Notes: a model not told the origin generated them from the sequence alone. A stretch of 64,000 bases of DNA from Laetmonice hystrix (GCA_965235115.1 OZ249436.1:12340001-12404000); one strand, 5' to 3'; shown: positions 40,501-52,312, counted from the stretch's first letter. Numbers and translations are program-made.

Positions 40501-43500
40501 GGGGATTTGGCGGACCCTGTGAACTGGGACTAGAAACGGACGGGGAATTATTAGGGCCTGTTTGTTTCAAGCGCAGGTTCCGCGGATCCATATCGTGATC
40601 AGTGACCTAATTTACACGCGCAAACAAACGCTACTGCACCCAACCAGGTTCACTCTCAGTGAACCGACGAAACAAACGGCCATGTCAGAGACCAGGATCA
40701 TTTGAGCTGTCTTAGCCTTTTGAGCTGATCGTCCGCCATTTTGGATCCTGGACTGACCCACCTTGCATGCAGGATCAGCAAGTTCCAGATCCCAATCAGT
40801 GACCCGACGAAAACAAACGGCCAGGTCAGCGATCGCGGTCAAGTTCACGGAACCCGGGCGTGAAACAAACACGCCCCTAGTGTCACGTGACGCACACCTG
40901 TCAGTTGGGGTTCTCAGCCGATACTTATCATAGCTGTAACCGACAATATGACGACCGTTCTTAATACTGGGCCTATATATAGTATGCAGGGCATAATTTA
41001 CCCAGTATCGTATCGCAGTTTGCGAGCCAATTTCACCCCTTTGCGATTCAAAAACAGTATGCTTCGCAATGAATTGCTATTTAAATCCCTTCTGAGTAGC
41101 AGTCATTGTGAATCAATTCTTCTGAAGTAAAGTATCCCCTGAGTATGAGTACTGACTAAATTGTTCACCCTGATGCCATGTTCACATTGGAAATTACCCA
41201 TGTACAGACCAAATGTCCAAAGTCTCGCCTGCCTAGTAGAAGGATCTCAGCAAGCCTGGCATTGACATTGCCATCATTGGTTTGCAACTCGAACAACTCC
41301 CGTCAATACGCTCAGCGCTCCAATGCATCACAGATAAAAATTCTATGCTGAGATCTAGCGCGTGGGGCGAGAGCGTGAGAATGCAATAGGAAATGATGAC
41401 GTCACGGTTGGATTGTAACCAGGACTGTAATTCGCAAGGCAAAAGAGTCCCAAGTTGTCACTCAAAAATCTTCGTTATTATGAGTCATCCGTGGGTATCA
41501 GGCCAGTTCCTTGTTAAATAAGTTCAAATGATATCGTTGGGTTGGACAGAACCAGTTTGTGATTCTCAGAGTGCGTGCACCTATCCTGCTTTAATTTTAC
41601 GTTACTATATGTGCCCTTTGGCGTTTACTTGTGCCATGGCACCAGGGGGGTCAACATTTAGGTTAACAGAATAACGCCATTAAAACACCATCCATGGTGG
41701 AAGCATTTTCCGAAGGGGTGTGTGTTTAGGCCTAATATGAGGCCACAGTAATTGAGCAGGCACAATCCAGCACAGCAAGAAAGGGGGGACGCCCTCGAGT
41801 GCCAAAGGTGCGACTGCGAGGCGAACATGCGCGGGAGGTCTGGGGTCCCCCCCCCCCCAGAAAATGTTTGAATTTAGAAGGCAAAAAAACCCCGCTATTT
41901 CCTGGCATCTGGAGACAGAAATTGTGAAGTTTCTCAAAGCATTCAGACATAGCCTACCAATAACATGCACAGGGGGATCTTTGCGTAGTCAGGCCTGAAA
42001 TTAAGGGAAATTTGCATAACCCATTTTTTGTTCCCCTGTTTTGTATTTTAGGTAACCGACAGGCGAACGAAACGACCGTTCACCTGTTAGTCTCAGGCTT
42101 GCAAAATTTGCAGGTGAACGGATTTTCGTTCTTGGCCTTTCCATTTTAGGTGAACGACACGCGAACGAAACGATCGTTCGCGTCTTAAAATCAGGCCTGT
42201 TAGTTCTGGAGCATGGTACTGACATTAAAAGTTTCTATTTCATCTACAGGCATTTCAAGAGCTGCAAACAGAAATGATTGCCACAACACAACAAATCAAA
42301 ATGGCCGACATGCAGATAGAGGCACAGAAGAGACAGATAGCTCATGCCAAGTTGGTTGATGCTGAACTGACAAACATTCCTGAAGGAACTCACACATATG
42401 AGGGAATTGGGAGAATGTATGTATTTGCTGCACGTATTACCAATATTCCTTTTCAGTGATTAGCCCAGAGTATTTAGAGCCCTACTAAAGGACACAGGAA
42501 ATATCAGTCACTCGAAATTGCATGTGACATTTCAATCATGGCTGTTATATGAATGATATCGGCATCGTTACATTTTTAGTTGGTGGCCCCAAACTTGAGA
42601 AAATTAGTTGCTTGCTCCTTCCTATTTAGACTATGGCATATGTTTGAATAATTGCAAACAAAGCAAAAATTGCAGTTCAATGCTCTTGCTTTGTTCACAT
42701 GAACAAACTAATCATTTCTTTAAAAAAGTGTTTGTGGCCACCAAAGATGTATACCACTTAAATGTCGGGGCTATGATTGAGCCTTTTTTTTTTATTAGAA
42801 TCTGTGTGTGATACAAAGTACTTGCCATATCATAATTTTCAAAATGTTTCAATCTTCGAAATAAAGTAATAATTTCTTATGTAAATTTATGAAATCTTGT
42901 AAATAGTGTCATAAATAAAGAAGAACTCAAATTATCTGAAAATCGCAAATAAAGTTACATTAAAGGCAGAGCTGATTCTATGCTGAATTTCTGTTATAGA
43001 TCTGTAAATCTGAGGACTGTGTCTGGATTTTAAGATAAGATTTGGGCTGGCTTACTGGTAAGCCAGGCTAATCATTAAGCCCAGTCTTACATATTGTGTT
43101 TTTAAAACATGCAAATGAGGCTTGTAAGCCGCTTGGGCAAGCTTGTAAGCCAGGGATGGAGCTTACGGTAAGCCATGTTACTAGGAAAGTGGCTAAGTAG
43201 GCCTATTACGTAACTGTGAAATGGAACCTAATAAATCGTAATTTGGAGCAAAAAGTTACTGAATAAGTTAACTAGGCTGGTACGAGTAGAAGACATTTCT
43301 CAATCTAGACAGCATCTTGTCAGTGTTGTGTACCAGTCTTACCAGTAAGCCTTGGCTTATTTTAAAAACTGGGCCCGGTTCACAAACAAAGTCAAGTCAA
43401 TTTTAATTGATTTGAAGTCAATTTTACTTGAATCTGATTGGTTAAAATGGATTTCAAGTTAATTAAAATTGACTTGACTTTGTTTGTGAACCGGGCCCTG

Positions 43501-43929
43501 GACGTCCTAGAATGTTTTCCAAATAGGCACAAAGATCTTTCAAAATTTTACTCACACAACCATGCAATAAATGTCTTAATTTTGTTGTTGTAGGTTTGTA
43601 CTACAACCAATGAGTACCATCAAGCTTGGGTTGGCAGAAAAACAAAAACAATCGGAGGAGAAAATCAAAACACTTGAGGTAGATATAGTTTCAGGAAACA
43701 TTTTACTTGTCAGGATATCCCCAAAGTGGAGGGATATATACTGAAGAAGCCAATTAATCGTTAATTACATATGCGCTGTACAACATAATGTCAATGTTAC
43801 TTTATAATATCCACTGTTTTTACAGAATAACTGTTTTTACAGAATAACAAGAAATACCTAATGAAGTCCATGAAGGAGAGTGAAGCGAATGTAAGGGAGA
43901 TGGTCACATCACGGCAACAACAAAAGTAA
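37557..43929 (+). CDS. PFDN1: Prefoldin subunit 1, 122 aa
   Basis: Exons 37557-37586, 42250-42416, 43594-43678, 43843-43929; total 369 nt. MASVDMELKRAFQELQ..TQQIKMADMQIE..TYEGIGRMFVLQ..EEKIKTLENNKKYL..EANVREMV matches PFDN1. AATAAA at 44504-44509. Confidence 0.95.
37871..39331. mobile_element. hAT5-like element (middle of nested stack)
   Basis: Perfect 15-bp TIR CAGGGCTTGCCAAAT / ATTTGGCAAGCCCTG; TSD CTATT (37866-37870, 39332-39336). Confidence 0.88.
38060..38669. mobile_element. Foldback-type element with 21-bp tandem-repeat arms (inner element of nested stack)
   Basis: Left arm (CCATGTCCCACACCAGAGACG)n is inverted against right arm (GGTACATGGTGTCTGAGGCGT)n; 8-bp TSD CAAGTGTC (38052-38059, 38670-38677). 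Confidence 0.8.
40207..40519. mobile_element. hAT5-like MITE related to 37871-39331
   Basis: TIR CAGTGTCTGCCAAATC / GATTTGGCGGACCCTG; TSD TGAAC (40202-40206, 40520-40524); shares CGCCCGGGACAACCA..CGGGCAACTGGA with 37871-37970. Confidence 0.8.
40554..40876. mobile_element. PIF/Harbinger-like MITE
   Basis: TIR GGGCCTGTTTGTTTCA / TGAAACAAACACGCCC; TTA and CTA flanks; internal ACCGACGAAACAAACGGCCA-like repeats. Confidence 0.65.
41990..42199. mobile_element. CAG..CTG MITE with near-perfect 5-bp TSD
   Basis: TIR CAGGCCTGAAATTAAG / CTTAAAATCAGGCCTG; flanks GTAGT and TTAGT. Confidence 0.7.
43372..43497. mobile_element. Palindromic Harbinger-like MITE, copy 1
   Basis: GGCCCGGTTCACAAACAAAGTCAAGTCAATTTTAATT and its exact reverse complement at the right end; CTG TSD. 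Confidence 0.85.
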
Positions 43930-44285
43930 TCTTGTCTTCTCGACTGATCATATCATCATCAGGATCATTGGGTCATTGAAAGGTCATTAAAAAGTAGACT
44001 GATCCTACTATTGTTGCTGCAATCCACGATTTTGTTGTAGGTTGTATTCTGCCATCCATTAATATATTCTGTTCTAGCTCCGTCTTTGCAACTGGTGACC
44101 ACGTATTGTATAGAGCTCATTTAAAAAAAATTGTGTCGTTACTATGCTATGACGAGTGTATTCAATAGATTATTTGACAGAAGTATTGTCTTAAATGAAC
44201 TTTTGCTTTAGATGCTGTTTCATGTGTGTAAAAAAAGTGTTTTCTTGCTTAGTGTATTGGAGTACCGGTACTGTACAGTGACTAG

Positions 44286-44411
44286 GGCCTGGTTCACAAG
44301 GAAAGTCAAGTCAATTTTAATTAACTTGAAGTCAGTTTTACTTGATTCTGATTGGTTAAAATGGATTTCAAGCTAATTAAATTTGACTTGACTTTGCTTG
44401 TGAACCGGGCC
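44286..44411. mobile_element. Palindromic Harbinger-like MITE, copy 2, in the predicted PFDN1 3' UTR
   Basis: Near-identical to 43372-43497; flanks TAG and CAG. Confidence 0.85.
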
Positions 44412-44584
44412 CAGGACTACCCGTACTATTACCCTTTGAGGGTAAACATGGATAATCCCCCTTATGCTAATTCATCAGTGTATAATGCATTAAGTTTGTA
44501 CAAAATAAAAATAAATGTGTAATCACATTCATGAATGGGCTTTGTTGGAATTTTATTAGCCGACTATTCAAGCAAATACATGTA

Positions 44585-44759
44585 CAGTCAGACCTCGTTA
44601 ATCCGTGCTTCTTTAATCCATATACCTCTCAATCTGAACACACTTTCTGGTAACCTCTTCTACCATTTTCTATTTAAAATGATTCAGTAATCTGTATGTT
44701 TCACGATCCAAACTCATTTTAACGGGCACCAAGCTGTTTGGATGAATGAGGTCTGACTG
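44585..44759. mobile_element. Tigger/pogo-type MITE with TA TSD
   Basis: TA|CAGTCAGACCTC..GAGGTCTGACTG|TA. Confidence 0.8.
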
Positions 44760-45289
44760 TATTTGGAAGTGTTCTTTCCAAAGATAACATTTTTACCAGG
44801 AGAACTTGACTTTTCATAAGCACATTGTAATAATGTATCATTGACCAACAATTATACTGGCCTAACCACTACAGGATTTTTTCGGCTGTTATCCCAGTGC
44901 AGGTCAGTAATCTGTTGAAAGCGATGACATGACAGGGTGAAGTACACATCAATACTAGTCGGTGGTACTTGTTTCAAAAGTAAAAGCATATGATTAATTG
45001 ACGTATACCCCCCAGGGGTAATTGGTAAATACATCCTGCAATTATTCAGTGGCTTCCACTGAGCAGAATATTATCATGCTCTATCAAAGCTTCCTAGCCA
45101 CTATAATCAGAATAATCAGATTGTGGTGTAGTTCCTCATAAAGGAGACATCAAATGTTACTAGTTGGAGCACAAATTGGACTGTCATTAATTAAAAAAAG
45201 GTTACTGGGTACCTGATATTAATCGAGAGTTTGGTGGTAACTGTGAATTAAGTTTTACCCAGTGGGAAGGAAAACGGATGGTTTTTGAT

Positions 45290-48200
45290 CTAACACAATG
45301 CTAGTGCTATCAATAGTAACCTGCCAACATCATTAATGGGTTGATGCACTGTCAGCAGTCTTAATCCAGATTCCAGGATCTCTTTTAGAACTGCTGGTCG
45401 ATTTTCTGTACCTGGGTATGGGTTAACTCCAATTGCTCTGAAAGCAAGTTTATGCAAATCAGTCCGTAAGTACTGTACCACAGATCTAGTAACTGATTGT
45501 ATAGACAAGTTAAGATGATCAACATCTCCAAATTTTAATAACACGATATGCACTACCATGTACTACTCGGGATAAAAATACCAGTAGTAGTTATTATTTG
45601 GGGCAGAACATCTTTAAGGGAAAAGTAAGGCCACACTTTTTTATTGTTTGGTTTACAGGCCCGCCGACATGGGAAAATGCAAAAGTAGAAATAAAAATTG
45701 GAAAAATCGCTTTTTTTGTTCCTGCCAAACTTCCCTATGTGCAAGTCAGAACACAGTTCGCCATTCCTCGGTCTCTTTGCGTAGCCTACTCTAGGCCTAG
45801 GCCAGGGGCCATCTAGGCCTAGGCCCTAGCCAGTAATCAATATTAAGGCCCCAGGAGCCCTATGGAGGGATTTAAAGTTTAAGTGTGCAGATTTATTTCT
45901 CCCACCAACATGTTAATGTAACTATCATAAAAGTTGGGGGGGGGGGGGAGTAAAGAAGGAGGAACCTTATTTTTATTTTGCCCTCTGTACTTTGGGTAAC
46001 TTCACAGGATGCTCGTAAACCAAACGATAAGAAAAGTGTGGCCTAACGTTAACAAAGCTGTTTACAGAAAAAATTTAATGAATTATCTTTATCCCTTATT
46101 TAAACACTGAACTTTTTGCATTACCTTCTGACCAGTTCACATCCTGCAAAGCCTGCTATCTCAGCAACAACCTCTTCCGGTTTCTGAGCTTGAGACATCT
46201 TACTGCAGTATGTCTCCACTGTAATGAAATGCATTGAATATATCGGGTGGATAAAAAAAACGCCCCGAACTTTAAACTTTAATATCTCAAAAACTATTCA
46301 TTATAATTCAATAAAATGTCTCTTAATATAACTTCGTGATATTATCTCTTGTATGTTAAAGTTTCAGCTCAATAGCTTTGATATTAATCCCGTGGCGCTA
46401 AAAACAAAAATCAGGGTCTAAAAACACAATGCCGGAATTAGGTCAAATATCATGCAGCTGCCAGGTGTCCAATTTGACACTTATTTGATGCACTGCATTG
46501 TATCTTGGGTAAAGAAGTTTTCAATATTTAGTTTTTGCATGGTTTACAATATGTATAATGTTGTGAACCACTAGATATAATAAATTATGTGCTATTCCTA
46601 GTACTTCTAGAGAAACCCAGATGTTTAATTTGCCAAACCCTACAGAGAAACTGCAACATTAGGACGATATGACTGTAACCAGAAGTTTAAGGGCAATCGT
46701 ATCATTATCACGTTTAGCAACACGTTCAGAACGCTGCTTATTTCCCAATAATGGGAAGATAATTCCCTATCACAGATCAGGAAGTGCATTGGCGCATGTA
46801 AAAAGAGACTGAGAGCAGTATGAAGTGAAAACGGGGGACCGATTGACCACCTACTCTAGTGTGAGGCCAGGGACTCTGGTGCGACTACCACTCGCTTTAG
46901 CCCGGCATTGCGCTTTTGTACAATGATTTTTGTTTTTAGCGCTACGGAAATACTATCCAAGCTATTGAGTTGTAACATTAACAACTAAGAGACGACATCA
47001 TGAAGTGATAGTAAGAAAAATTTCATTGAATTACAATCAATACTTTTTGAAATATCGGAGTTTAAAGTTCGGGGCGTTTTTTTTTATCCACCCGATATAA
47101 CCATGGTATAAACAAGTCGTGTTTTCAATTATTATCTCACGATAGTTGATGTGACATTGTTTGTAGTATTGGAAAATATCTTTTTGGAGCCTAAGGGTTT
47201 AAGGCAGTCATTCTACTTGATGTTTCTCAACATGTGTTTATGTTTTGATAGCATCATTCACAGTGCTCGTCAATGAGCTATATGGTCGTTTTACTAACAC
47301 CATGTATTAGTGTGGCTTTTCTATTATTTTATGTCACATCTTTAAAATAGTTCAGTTAAAGAAGCAACTTCTCAGTCATTTGCTGAACCTGTTTAAAGTA
47401 GGATATTTTTGGTGGAATAATGAGATTCCATAAGTGCTTCATCTAAGTTGAACGTGCCTGTTGACCGGCATGCATCCATCATTTTGTAAGAAATTCTTCG
47501 ATGATCATCATTGTCTTCTGGAATCATCATGTGTAAGTGATACATGGCCATATACCCAGCCAACAAGAGTCCCAGATCAAAAGACCTTGGCCCATTTCTC
47601 ATGAATGAGAAGTTCCAAAGCTAAAAAAAAAAACAGAAAAATTAAATTTGTATCATTACAGTTATAATACAGAAGAAAAGTTTTGTCCTAATTTTCCTTC
47701 ATTCTGCATTGCAGTAGATCTCCAGTATTGATAGACAGATACAAGGCTAATAGTTCATAAAACAAAAAAAATTATTAAGAAGAAATGTTGGTGAAACCAA
47801 ATATGGTTAAAGTATTTTTACCGTTTTCCCTCAACCCTGTACAAATGTAGGACTTGACTAGTAGTTCTGCTATCCTTGTTTAAAAGCAAGCTTTTTGTCA
47901 TTCTTCAGTCACATGTACATGTATTACCTATGTGGCACTGCTTCTACTATATATATCCATTTCCTTATTATGGTAATGTAAAGACAGTGGCCTTTGTTTT
48001 TGGGTCTGTTCTGATTATCGGCAAGAATGGTGGAGTGTAGGGTATGCAAGTAGGCCATTTCGTGTGATGCAAAAACAGCACCCCCTATGAACGAGTGAGG
48101 TGGAGATGAAAACAAAGGCAGGGCTCTCACTGGAGTTTTCAGTAGAAGGGTCAGAGACTTCTGTCTATTTTTTGGGGGGTCAACCCTCAAAAGTCAGGGG

Positions 48201-51200
48201 TCAAGCATGGTCAGTTCACAACTTTGAAGAGTCAAATGCATGCCAGTATTTTTGTCTAATCTAAACTCGTAGTCAACGTGTTGTTGAGTGTGCTCATATG
48301 TAGATAATGAAATTGGCCACTCGACGAGAGCGTTTTTATTTATTTCAGTTATTACGCATGCCTTTTGTGGTGGAGGGTTGTAACCCAGCATACCATTCTC
48401 TAGTCTGGGGGTCAAAATTGGGGGAATCTTCATGCGTCGCACTGACTCCTGGTGGTTTTTATTGTGCATCAGACTATACACTTCATGCGTATTTGACCCA
48501 AACCCTCGGGTCATCGAGAGCCCTGATAGGTGCGGCAGCTTGACTTCAATGCAGACACAACAGCTTTGATGTGGCTGTTGACATGAACGTAATTACCAAA
48601 ATAATTGCGAATTAGCTCAGGTTGCAATTTCCACAATATATATTGTCGCACAGAATTTGAAATGGCCTGAACCCCGCCAAGCCATCCTGCAGTTGTCAAC
48701 GAGGCCACCTCAGGGCAGACGGCACTGCGGTATGCTGCTTCACCATTGTAAAAGCCTAAGATGCATATCCTACACTCCACCATTCTGGCTTTCGGTATAA
48801 GGAATTCATTTCATAAATAAAACCAGTTGAGCTTATTCATTATGCATGATGAGATGTGCCCATGTGTTTACTGAGAAGACCATACCTTTAATTGACCTTG
48901 GCAAGCAAGGATATTTCCAAGGTGGAGGTCACCATGAATGAGGCTGTCCTTTCTTTCCTTGAATACAGACTTGCATCTGTCTACTGCTACCATCAGTCTG
49001 GTATTTCCATGAACTCGGTCCAGAAGAGGTTGCTTCAGGGCATCAGTATTTGATTCTGTTGAGATGGTAGTGTATGGTTGCACAAAAATGAGGTCACTCT
49101 GGTGGTTGGCAGATTCCTCATATCTGTCATAAAAATGGACCAATAATAATTCATTCAGTTTTCATTTCGATAGGAAACAAGCATCAAGTGAAAAGGACAT
49201 GTACAGCAAGGGACATGCAGTAAATTCGTAAACTGACTACAATGGATCTACAAAACCATACTGACAGCAGTACAAGGTACCGGGTACATATGAAGATACA
49301 TGTAAAAAGATTAATGGGAAACTGATTTGATGATTTGTGGGTTCTCAAGAGGTCTAAATCCATTGCCTACTTACTCTTGATGCCAACAGGAAGCAGTGTC
49401 TGAAGGAACACACTGAGCACTGGTGATATTGTGCAAGTCTGAGAGCACCTGGGGAAGCTCCTGGATGGCCAACATGTCAACATGTCCATCCTGCAGTTGA
49501 GACCACATCACCCCATAGTCCTTCTGATATTCTAACAACACTGCATAGAAATACTGTGCATTTAAGTCATGTATACTAAATGGTTCTAATATGCAGACCT
49601 GCGCATGTGCAAGAGTCCCCAATTTTTTCGAAAAAGATACCATTTTCTGGGTGTACGTGATGGGAAGACTTGTGAAAGAAAGCAGAAATTGAAATATTGT
49701 GTGAGGAAAGACTTTTCAAACTGAAAGACTCATAGTATTTTTATGCACTCGCATATACCTTCAATTAAAATCTTTTCTCAACTGATCATACCAATTTTCT
49801 CATCCTTGTCATAGAGGAGTGGTTTCAGCACATGATTTGGCATCTTCAAGTAGAGTGCTGAAATCCTTTTGTATTCTCCTTCTAAGGATGGAAAACCTAT
49901 CTGAGAGTCTGCCCTTGATGTCTGCAAACAAGTAGGCTACAAAATATCAGAGGAAAAACAAACTCCCTTTAGAAGGACATACCAGTGGCGTATCCAGGTG
50001 GGTTTCCCGGAACCCCCCCCCCCTTAAAAAAATACTATATTAAGGACATTTTGGTAAAAAAGGGGGTGTAAAATGCACTATTTTATCCAAAGGAAACCTT
50101 CATATTTCCACACAAGATGTCCCGAGATTGCATTATTTCCCAGAGAACCATGGCCTAATGGCCATCTCTGAAGTACCTGCTGGATACGCCACTGCATACT
50201 TTTAGATCTGGAGGTTATTTTTTTGCCATTTGACTCCGGGAAAACTATGAATACTTCACCTTAACATCCAATCATTCAAACTGTGGTACTATGCTTTCAG
50301 GCAAACTAGAGAAATGCCAGAAAGGTTTTTTTATATTTGAATATAAATTAACATTAATGACATTTATTGCCAATCAAGTAGCCTACCAGGGGGGGGGGGG
50401 GGTACTAGTAAACCTGGAAATGACAAACTTACAGCAGCACAGTGGTTTGGCATTGCCAACTTCATGATAGTGGCGTTGTTTTCATTTTCTCTCTGTCTGG
50501 CCATATATAAAGTATTGACACCATCATTGCCAAAACCAAAAGATTTCACCTCAACGTTTCCTGTCAAAAACTAACAAAACATACATTATCATATCAGTAA
50601 TCAGATGCATCAAGCAGATATAATAATCAATACCATACTACATTCTTCTAATATTATGAATTAATAAATACTCTTGCAGAATCACATTCAAACTCAAAGC
50701 TCAAAAGCCATCATAATTATGAACACATTATTTTTCTTTTGATAGGCTCTAGTGTAGGTCTCTATAGTTAAAGTAGGCCTATCATTCTATCAATATGGAG
50801 CCCTCGAAGGGACATGGGGGAAAAAAATTAATATCGCGAGGGAACGCGATATTATCGCACGGGAATGCGATAACTATTCGCGAGGGAATGCGATAATTAT
50901 CGTGAGCGAACGCGATATTATTGCGAGGGAATGCGATAATTATCGCTAACCCTAATCCTAATCCAACCCTAACCCTAACCCTTCCTCCCCAATGTCCCTG
51001 TCACTTAAAAACTGATCAAGGGCTTCAAGCGAATTTATGATGCCCCTGCCTTGATGGCTTGACCTCCCGAGTCCCGACGTGTAGGCCAAGAGAGCCACGG
51101 CTGGTTCCTGACTCTCTCTTATGAAGACCATAAGGTGACATTACCAGCTCCGCTACTCGATCGCCCCGCTACTCGCGAGTGGCGAGTAGTGGGGCGAGTG

Positions 51201-51898
51201 GCGTGGCGAGTGGAGTGGCAAGTAGCGAACCGCGAGTGGCAGGGCGAGTCATGGGTAAACTCACCTTCATACTCTCGCTTGGGGTCGCTGGGACTGGCGC
51301 TCATCAGTCAACCCTAGTGTCAGAGCCGGGAACCAGCACTTGGCAGTCCATGGCCACGTGAAAAGATCGTGTTTCCTTGCAATAATTATCGCGTTCCCTC
51401 GCAATAAGCGTTCCCTCGCGATAATATCGCGTTCCCTCGCAATAATTATCGCGTTCCCTTGTGATAATATCATGTTCCATCGCGATAATTATTGCGTTTT
51501 CTCGCGATAATTATTGCATTCCCTCGCAATAATTATTGCGTTCCCTCGCAATAATTTTTTTTTTCCCCATGTCCCTTCGAGGGCTCCGTAGGCCTATATT
51601 GGTTACTTATTTAATAGTTATTTAGTATCAATATATGTGTGTACTGTAGATACTTCATGTCCCAGGGCCTACTTTATAAGTATAGCCACAGCCACAGGAG
51701 AGGCCAGCCCCCAACTTTTCCTCCAATGTCTCCCACTTTATATCATGTGATGTCTCAGTCCCCTATCATGTATGTGTGTAGCAATATAAAGAAGCCTACC
51801 TTCAACCTACTAATATTCTCCAGTCGCCCTTTTCTAGAAAGACGTTTGATACAGTCCACTGCTTTTCTATTCTCACAGTCATAAGCTTCCCCTGACAT
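45290..51898 (-). CDS. Methylthioribose kinase (MtnK)-like, APH/choline-kinase-fold protein, 391 aa; possibly a pseudokinase
   Basis: Exons (minus) 51898-51800, 50570-50433, 49921-49792, 49540-49375, 49123-48886, 47620-47458 (GC donor), 46218-46125, 45437-45290; total 1176 nt in frame. Motifs in MtnK order: GNDGVNTLY, IMKLA, LIFVQPY, SLIHGDLHLGNIL, GPRSFDLG, EIAGFAGCELVRRAIG. Confidence 0.85.
46241..47097 (+). mobile_element. Internally deleted Tc1/mariner element with about 200-bp TIRs and a transposase C-terminal remnant
   Basis: TA|TATCGGGTGGATAAAAAAAACGCCCCGAACTTTAAAC mirrored at the right end, then TA. 46752-46859 translates WEDNSLSQIRKCIGACKKRLRAV*SENGGPIDHLL*, resembling the Tc1/mariner transposase tail. 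Confidence 0.85.
49983..50194. mobile_element. MITE with 5-bp TSD (hAT5-like)
   Basis: Perfect 15-bp TIR CAGTGGCGTATCCAG / CTGGATACGCCACTG; TSD CATAC (49978-49982, 50195-50199). Confidence 0.88.
50794..51590. mobile_element. Foldback-like non-autonomous element with subterminal tandem repeats and a telomere-like tract
   Basis: TIR TA(T/C)GGAGCCCTCGAAGGGACATGGGG; inverted arrays of about 20-bp ATTATCGCGAGGGAACGCGAT-type units on both sides; CCCTAA-like run at 50946-50982. Confidence 0.85.
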
Positions 51899-52312
51899 GT
51901 TGGCAGGGTATCAAGATCATCAACCTTTGACCCTCTGAATGACTAGTTTTCAAAAGTACCACCAGGGCAGAGGGGTAGGGGATGGCATGGGGATGGCAAG
52001 GGGGGGGCGGGGTCGTGATAGTACGAGTTTGACTTGCGTAAACCTTTTTGAACAAAAAGGGGTATTATTAATAGAAACGCAGGTAAAAGTAGAAGATACG
52101 TTTAAGTGGCGGCATAATAGGGCTAGGCCTAATAAAATTAGAGGCAAGCCATTCTGACCCAGGGAGGTCATTTTGACAGATATTCCGCCAGGTGGCGATG
52201 TCGGCTTGAGGGAGAACACGACCTCTACACTACAACACGGCAAACTAAGCCAAGCCAAGGGGAGCGCTGAAGGACAAGCTCGGCATCTATTCTATAGAAC
52301 GTGAAAGCCAAA
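51899..52312. promoter_or_regulatory. Bidirectional promoter of the MtnK-like gene and CISD1
   Basis: 414 bp between divergent ATGs; GC box GGGGCGGGG near 52004-52012; CTCF-like CCGCCAGGTGGCGA at 52185-52198. Confidence 0.6.

Noticed and set aside
47924..48783. Three ORFs of about 90-105 aa inside MtnK-like intron 5
   Set aside because: No recognisable domain, and the gene model closes in frame without them. Probably a decayed repeat whose ends could not be defined.
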